A stretch of DNA of 64,000 bases, from contig OX597832.1 in NCBI GenBank assembly GCA_951406725.2, forward strand, positions 19,778,001 through 19,842,000. The letters run 5' to 3'. The position numbers and the translations under genes were made by a program. Under the pieces are notes generated by a model. The model saw only the letters and a list, made by a program, of their open reading frames with translations, was not told the DNA's origin and did no database searches. This DNA is from Octopus vulgaris (taxonomy: Eukaryota). Of this stretch, positions 56,264 through 64,000 are shown one piece after another; position 1 is the stretch's first letter; the number at the start of each line of letters is the position of its first letter.

Positions 56264-56584
56264 AGTATACATATATGTATGTATAAGTATATATATATAC
56301 ATACATATATATATGTATATATATATATATAGATATATATACACACACATATATATGCATATATAAATATGTATGTTTTATGTGCATATATACAACTGCT
56401 CTATTTGTTATTCACATGTGTGTGTGTGTGTGCATACCTCTGCATATGTGCCAAAAGCAGCGTAATATTTGGCAGTAATATTTGATCTTTGGTGAGCAGA
56501 TAAGTTTTAATTAAATTAGTTTAACAATTTTACAGGTAGTTAGGAAGATGTGAAGAAACATTTGAGTAGAAATTTTGTGGAAGA

Positions 56585-56826
<242 letters not shown>

Positions 56827-57214
56827 CAGAAATATATAAATAAAAGGAGAAAAGCAAAACAACAACAAAAAAAGTTAAAACAAAAACACGAGCAAACAAA
56901 CATACATACATACATACAAACAAAAATAACAGAGATTTAATTTCTAGTAATCTTCACGGAGAAAACTTGATATCGTTAACTCGAATAAGTTTAAACAGCT
57001 TCGTTCGTAGATCAAAGAAATGGATTTAATACAAACCTACGTTGAAGCGAGCCGTCGCAATGAATAAGCATGCATCGTAGAATCATGGCCATACACATTT
57101 TTCATGTCATTTAAGCCAGGGGAGTGATTTAATGGTAGACATGAGAGGAAGTGGATAAAAGAAAGTAAACAAACGTATAACACTTAAAAATTACACACAC
57201 ACACAAAGGAGCAT

Positions 57215-57246
<32 letters not shown>

Positions 57247-57311
57247 ATATGTATGTACATGTATATATATATATATATATATGCATATATATACGTATAT
57301 ATGTATATATG

Positions 57312-57342
<31 letters not shown>

Positions 57343-57391
57343 GTACATGTATATATATATGCATATATATATATGCATATATGTATATATG

Positions 57392-57427
<36 letters not shown>

Positions 57428-57428
57428 C

Positions 57429-57463
<35 letters not shown>

Positions 57464-57486
57464 CATATATATATATATTCGTATAT

Positions 57487-57531
<45 letters not shown>

Positions 57532-59104
57532 TAATATACGTACATGTATACTTATTTCATATGTATAAATGCATGTGTAATGTATATGTGTGTTATGTAT
57601 GGAGATATGTATGTATTAGCGTGTGTGTATATATGTAAATAGGTATGTACGAATATATGCATACATTTGTATGTATAGAATAGAGAAATACAAATTAGCA
57701 CAAATCGATCGCAGAACCTGTTGGTCTCAAGTATGCCATCCAACATTCTGTTGCTAAACATATGTCTTCAGGTCACGAAGTCACACCCTTACACCTTTAT
57801 CTTTCTCTCCCCCCTCTCTCTCTCTGTCCTTTTGTTTCACTTCCTCTCCACTATCTCACTTCCTGTGCCCCCTGTCCCCTTCTCTGTTTCTCTTTCCTTC
57901 ACATTACATTTCTTTCTCTCTGTCATCCTTTTCCTGAACAGTTCATTACTACGTGTTCATTGATGGTGTTCTGAGTCAAGGTTGAGCTCTGCGAAACCTA
58001 GTTAAGAATTAAATGTGTGTGTGTGTTTGTGTGTCTGAATGCATGATTCCGTGTGTGTGTGTGTCTGTTTGCGTGTGCACGTACGTGAATGCCTGCGTGC
58101 CTAGATACATGTAGGCGACCAAACGAAAGGAAGTAGCGTGCGTACATCACATATATTTGTAGATGTAAGTGTTTAATAACAAGATGACTAAGATTATATC
58201 TGTATAAATGAAAGTTTCATACATGTAAGCGACCGCCTACATCTTCAGACGTTCGTATTTAGAACAAAATAAATTTCCCGATAGCTTCTAGATGAGGATT
58301 TTGAGAGGTGTAGTTTCAATTTGCCTGAATAATTTCATAAAATAGGTATACCAGATAATTTTACATATGGCGAGACATAAATTTGGCAGAAAAATGCAAA
58401 ATATATCTGACACGAGATAGTACAGAAGAGAAAATCTCCTGAAATCCTGAAATCTGTGAAAAACATGGAACCTATTAGCAGAGAGTCAGTCGCGTGAAAT
58501 ATTTGAAGTTTCAGTATCCTGTAACTCTGTAGTAGAATTATATTCCTTCTTAACAAGAAATTCGATTGTCGTCAGGTAATTTCCGATGAAACTGATTTCT
58601 AGTCACACAAGATATCAGAAATAGGAGCCTCATTTCCTTGAATAAAAGCCTACTGGAAAATGCACATCAGAAAATTTAACTATTTCCCCGCTTCCAGCCG
58701 ATTTTTGTCCTTTACATTATGTATGTCATGGTTTACCAGAAGTCAAATGGCCGGAGTGGACAGTGCAGGGCATGTCACCCAACCTTTTATCAATTTTGTC
58801 TCTTCACTTTAGTGCCATTTTACAAATCAGCCACGAAAGAAAAGCAATATTGATCTTGGTGGTATTTCAAGTTTGAGACCTAAAGAACGAAACGAATACT
58901 GCAAGACATTCTGTACGATAACCCCAGAACACAACCAACTTACTGTTTCACCACTAGATATATTTATAAAAGGAGTTCAACAACTGCAATGGTTTAATCT
59001 TTTACTCTTTTACTTGTTTCAGTCATTTGACAGTCGGTAGGTCATTATGGTCAATTCAATTAAAGACCTGCTGTACATTTTACTTATAAAAGGAAAAAAT
59101 AAAT

Positions 59105-59352
59105 GTGGCCTTTTAAAGCCTATCCAGGCTCATGGGCCCGATTTTCCGGTTTCTATGGCGTATGTGTTCCCCAATTGGACAGGACGCCAGTCCATCGCAA
59201 CGTTACTCATATTTGCTAGCTGAGTGGACTGGAACAACGGGAAATGAAGTATTTTGCTCAAGAACACAACGTGTCGCCCGGTCCAGGAATCGAAAAACAA
59301 CAATCTTACGATCATGGTGCTGACACCCTAACCACTAAGCCACGCGCCTCCA
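59105..59352 (-). mobile_element. SINE with family C head, alternative tail
   Basis: Minus strand ggaggcgcgtggcttagtggttagggtgtc...ttcgattcctggaccgggcgacacgttgtgttcttgagcaaaatactt. Confidence 0.88.
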
Positions 59353-59752
59353 CACACAATTTACTTATACAAAACTAAAAGTAAAAATCGAAAGAGAAGA
59401 TGAAATACAAGCTCCGGTAAATAAGAATCGAAAGGATATCGGACGCCCAGATTCTGATCTTCTCTCCAGCCACCAGACAAACCTGACAATTACTCACTGC
59501 ATTTTTCTCTCCCCCTCTCCACTTCTAACACCTCCTCTCTTTCCCCTCCTCCCTCTCCCGCGTTCTCTTACACACAGACACAAAAACACGAATTCATATA
59601 GATTTCGAAAGACAACACTAATGGTGATCTCATGGCCTCCAAGATATAAATTTCAACCGTGTGTCACATATCCTTACATTTGACAATGAAATACCAAAAC
59701 GTTGCCATTTCACCTCTTCATTGCTGTGATGAGGGTCGAGGAGCGAATAATT

Positions 59753-59787
<35 letters not shown>

Positions 59788-59899
59788 ATATATTATTTAA
59801 TTCCTTTACTGGTTTCAGCAAGAAGAAGGAACACATATACATGTATGTGTGTGTGTGTGTGTATAAATACATTTATAACCTAGTGTATAATTCACTGTT

Positions 59900-60360
59900 T
59901 CCCATGTCGGAGGTGACAGATTTCTTCTGGTCTTGCGGTTGTCATTGCCAAAGGCCGAAATATTGGGCCGGTATTCCCGAGATGATTTTTCGTTACCCTG
60001 CGATGTATCATGTTTTTAAACGCAGCATGTAAATAAGAGAGACTTTTTCTCGAACGAAAACTGTTGTAACTTACCTGGAAACAGAGTATATACATTATGT
60101 ATGCTACATAGATGACTAGATGACTATCTCGTTTTAATGCAGCTCTGTCTACGTACACCGGATTATTATTTAACTTGGTTGCTGTTCGCTGCACCAGCGA
60201 ATGTGACGGCCATTCTTTCCGTTATCGGAGTTGACAGATCTCATGGCTGGTTCTGAGTAAACGTCATTGAAAACAAAACCCTAGACACTCTGCCGGTGTT
60301 TAGGGCGGGGTTCATTCCCATAGTTATTTGTTGACAACTTTTTCCGCCTTATAAAGGTAA
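59900..60360 (-). promoter_or_regulatory. candidate CpG-rich promoter and first exon ending at a strong donor (60075)
   Basis: Non-repetitive and CpG-retaining; GC box gggcgggg near 60303; TATA-like cctttataagg (minus) near 60350; minus-strand ttccag|GTAAGT at 60075/60074. Confidence 0.3.
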
Positions 60361-60486
60361 TATTGCCGATATGTTCTGCTGTTTTAATAAAGATACTGCA
60401 TTCGAAAATAGCACTTACTTGTTTGTATCGTACGATAAACATTCAGCGCTTCTAAAAAACAAAATGCAAGCTTGTTTATATACACA

Positions 60487-60810
60487 CAGGAGTGGGTGTA
60501 TGGTAAGAAGCTTGCATCTCAACCGCCTAGTTCCGAGTTCATTCCCACTACGTGGCACCTTAAGCAAATGTGTTCTACTATAGTCTTGGGCCGACCAAAG
60601 CCTTGTGAGTAGATTTGGTAGACGGAAACTGAAAGAAACCCGGCGTATATATATATATATATATAGGGGGGGGGTGAGTGTGTGTGTGCGTGTTTGTGTC
60701 TGCGTTTGTTCCCACTCCTTCGCTTGACAACATATTTTGGTGTGTTTATGTCCCCGTAACCTAACGTCTCGGCGAAAGAGTCCAACAGAATGAGTACTAG
60801 ACTTACAAAG
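60487..60810 (+). mobile_element. SINE family B, 3'-truncated
   Basis: Collinear with 53051-53365. Confidence 0.85.
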
Positions 60811-60889
60811 GTTGTCGAGTAGCAGAGTGGCAGAATTGTCGTCCTGTCAGTAGAAATGCTTTATTGTATATTTTCCGTCCCTTTATATT

Positions 60890-61075
60890 CTGATTTATAC
60901 CACCTACCTGAAGGTTTTTACAGAAATCCACTCCAGTAGATATCCCAATTCTTGTCAGGGTTGCCAAAGTTCCAGTAATCTGGGAGAGGAGCTTACGGGT
61001 CCTCCTAGGTCGTATAGGAAGTGCTGGAGAAGGTTCACACGCTGAGGGTCTGTGCAAAGGATGACCACCGCTGCC
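60890..61075 (-). mobile_element. possible CR1/L2-like LINE C-terminal remnant
   Basis: PRLLELWQP / ISTGVDF...GINQ resembles the PRTxxLWNxLP...D...FK..IN end of ORF2. Confidence 0.3.
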
Positions 61076-61734
61076 TAGATAGATAACTGTGTGTCTGTGT
61101 GTATGTATATGTGTGAGCGTGTGTATACGTATGCGTGCACGGTGCCAATAAGTAGAAGGTGCTGTTTGATTCGGCGTTGGAGATTGGCAAACACTGAGTG
61201 AGGAAACATATGGTCGACGACTTTCCATGCACGACCATCTCATTTTATTTCATATCTACTGAAACTAAGATTCCATGAACCAATGTATCCATTCCATTCA
61301 ATGCACTTATTTGCTGTTGTTACTGTTGCACTGATCGAGTAGACCTATAATTAAAGACATTCCAATTATGACCATCTCATCAATTTCGTTCTATGTAAAT
61401 ATAAATACATGACTGCATGATGTAATTTTTGTGGTGTTTTTACTGCAGTGTTTAACCGATCATGTGACTATAAAAGGCTGCACCATGGCTGAATTAATAT
61501 GGCCACCTGTGCCTCTTCCGTTGTTTTTGTTATTATTGAAATTATTGTTGTGAATAATGCTCTTCAGAAACACGTTTGCCTTGATAGAACAGATATGTAT
61601 TTAAAGACGTCTGGACTGTAACTATCCTGTATTCTTTAGCGACGTAACATATTCAAAAACCAAAACAACTAAGGTGTCCTTAATTCCGTCACCTTTTTTT
61701 TAAGGTTTGTAGTATTTGAAGTGAGGGAAATTTA

Positions 61735-62328
61735 TTCCTTTACTCGTTTCAGTCTTGCTGACTGCGGCCATACTGGAGCAGCACCTTAAAGCGTTTTTAG
61801 TCGAAGAAACTGACCCCAGGACTCATTCGTTGTAAGCCTAGTAGTTATTCTATCTGAGTATTTTGCCGAACTTCAAATCTTTTTTTCTACTCTAAGCGTA
61901 AGGCCCGAAATTGTTTTTGCTGGATCGGGGGTAGTCGATTAGATCGACTCCAGTGCGCAACTGGTACTTAATTTATCGACCCCGAAAAGATGAAAGTCAA
62001 AGTCGACCTCGGCGGAATTTGAACTCAGAACGTAGCGGCAGACGAAATACCGATAAGCATTTCGCCCGGCGTGTTAACGTTTCTGCCAGCTCGGGGAAAC
62101 AAACACACCAGCATCGGTCGGGTGGGGGTGGGGGTTAAACACACACACACACATATATGTACGACGGGGTTCTTTCAGTAGTTTTCGTCTGCCAAATGCG
62201 CTTCCAATGCTTAATTCTGCCCAAAGCTGAAGCAGAAAACGCTTGCCCAAGGTGTCGTGCAGTGAGAATGAACACGGAACCATGTAATTGGGAAACAAGC
62301 TTTTTTCCACACAGCCACGCCCGCGCCC
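61735..62328 (-). mobile_element. SINE family B split by a SINE family A insertion (about 61878-62092)
   Basis: B tail ends at ttttgccgaac (61871), a nearly full A copy follows, B resumes at ggggaaacaaacacaccagcatcgg. Confidence 0.85.
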
Positions 62329-63110
62329 GTGTCTAACTACTATTTCAAACTAAATTATTAATTCATTATTATCTCGTTGAATCACACATTGTTCCACGTC
62401 GCTTTCGTTTAATTGCAAGTAAATTGGTCCTCATTCTTCTGAGACCCGCCTAAATTTATTAAATTTAGAGATGAATTTTCGCAAATTAAAGAATTAGTTT
62501 TGTGTCGATGTCAGGCGTAGAAAACTGAGATCTACTTATCTTTTGTAGAAATAGCAACGTTGTATTTTTTTTGGTTAACATCTAGTGTGCCCTAGCAGAG
62601 GTTACTAAGCGTTCCAACTTGGACTATCTCAACTTCCTCCCATATATTGCGTATCTCGGACTGTATATATGTACTATTTATAGGGAGTAATGCAAGGGAG
62701 AGAATATGCTCCGATTGAATAGCTAAAGTTGGTTCTCCCGCTGCCTTGATGACCTACCCTGATTGAGAATACTCTTGAGTAAAAGCAATCCAACCGTGAC
62801 AAAAACGTCTTTTGCTGGGCTAGGGAGCCCTGAATGATTCTGTCCTGAATGTTTAGGATGTAATGCATGAAAGAGATTTGGCTGCTATTTCTAATTCTGG
62901 AATATTGTTCGACAATGTAGAGACTGTAATTGGTTCGTATATGGCTGTTGTTGTTGCTGAGTTGTTGTTGTTGTTGTTTTTGCTATTGCTGTAATGTTAT
63001 TGTGGTTGCTTAATTAGTTACACAACATTTCGTACTTATTAACTTCATAATTAGGAGTGAAATATTTTCCTTGAAATTAAATCTATTCAACAATTGTTGT
63101 TGTAGTTGCT

Positions 63111-63175
<65 letters not shown>

Positions 63176-63679
63176 TATTGTTGTTCTTGTTCTTGTTTCT
63201 GTTATTTTTTCCTGCAACTTTTGTTGCTGTTGTTGTTGTTTTTAGCTCCAGGTGACCAGTTGAGAACTAATGCAAATGTGATTGAATTAAAGATATTCCA
63301 GCTGTGGCTATCCAAAGTTTTGAAGGAGTACACATCACACTATATTACATGGAATCTGACGGAGATTTGGTGCCTATTTATAGTAAGTCTAACAAATGTA
63401 TACACATATTTCCTTTTTCCCTTTCTCTCCATCATTGGTTCTTTTATTCTAGTGTTTTAAACAATAGAGATATAATGAGACAAATCCATTCCCATACCAT
63501 AATATATAAATCGTGCCTCCTTCGTAAAGGGAAGAAATAATTTGTTTAATTCTTATCCATAATGTTATCAGAAGTAAGAAAACCATTTGTTAATCGATTA
63601 ATATCAGCATTTCTGGGCTCCTATACAGAGTTATTTTAGTTTATAGTGATGTGTCGAGACAAGTGCGTTTTACGCTATA

Positions 63680-64000
63680 TGAGGGGTTACAAAAAAGAAA
63701 CCCGAATTTTACAATATTATTTTTTTCACTTACATGTTTACACTGTTCTCCATTTGAAGTAATGTATTGGTCCAGATGTTCGAAGCCGTTCGAACATCCC
63801 CTATACGAAGCCGTTCTGGAACTCCTGCAATGTGACGGTGGTTAAGAATGGTAACGCATTCAGTCGTAACTGCTTTTGATCGTCCGTGAGCAAGCGAGGC
63901 ACAAATTTTGCTGCATCTCTTTACATACGTAATTGCTCGCTCAAAATTCGTAGGCAGGAGCTCCAGAACACACCACTCATAACAAAAAGTTTGTCAATTG
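63680..64000 (-). mobile_element. internally deleted mariner of a different subfamily, running off the window end
   Basis: TIR-like (ta)tgaggggttacaaaaaagaaacccgaat; minus translation AKFVPRLLTDDQKQLRLNA (WVPHEL-equivalent) joined to TLQEFQNGF near the C-terminus. Confidence 0.8.

Noticed and set aside
60907-61074. Apparent minus-strand exon (tctag|...cag|gtaggt) in a 146-aa ORF
   Set aside because: Other frames resemble a LINE ORF2 C-terminus and it abuts a SINE fragment; more likely TE debris.

Overview
Very AT-rich, repeat-saturated eukaryotic DNA with no recognisable intact protein-coding gene. Almost every ORF in the track is an artefact of (TA)n, (CA)n, (GATA)n, (AAT)n or (GAT)n microsatellites. 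The tRNA-derived SINEs and microsatellite load resemble a coleoid cephalopod, most likely Octopus (inference from pattern recognition, not a search). It reads as a large intron or intergenic tract. It contains three or more SINE families (my own labels A, B, C), several nested or fused. MITEs of mariner, pogo/Tigger, hAT and piggyBac type and one clean non-autonomous Helitron are present. Decayed coding remnants, most missed or only partly captured by the ORF track and nearly all on the minus strand, include P/THAP9-like, Helitron Rep and hAT transposases, an RLE-type LINE end, Penelope RT and mariner. The most notable observations are: a near-perfect 129-bp inverted duplication (40471-41276); degenerate minimal hammerhead ribozyme motifs in Penelope-type termini; (AAT)n-targeting retroelements; a candidate 18-nt microexon; AG|GT recursive-splice-like sites; a CpG-rich promoter-like island near 60 kb; and an unidentified decayed ORF at 43.7-45.1 kb. 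All splice and gene hypotheses are low confidence. I did not find a demonstrably new biological system.
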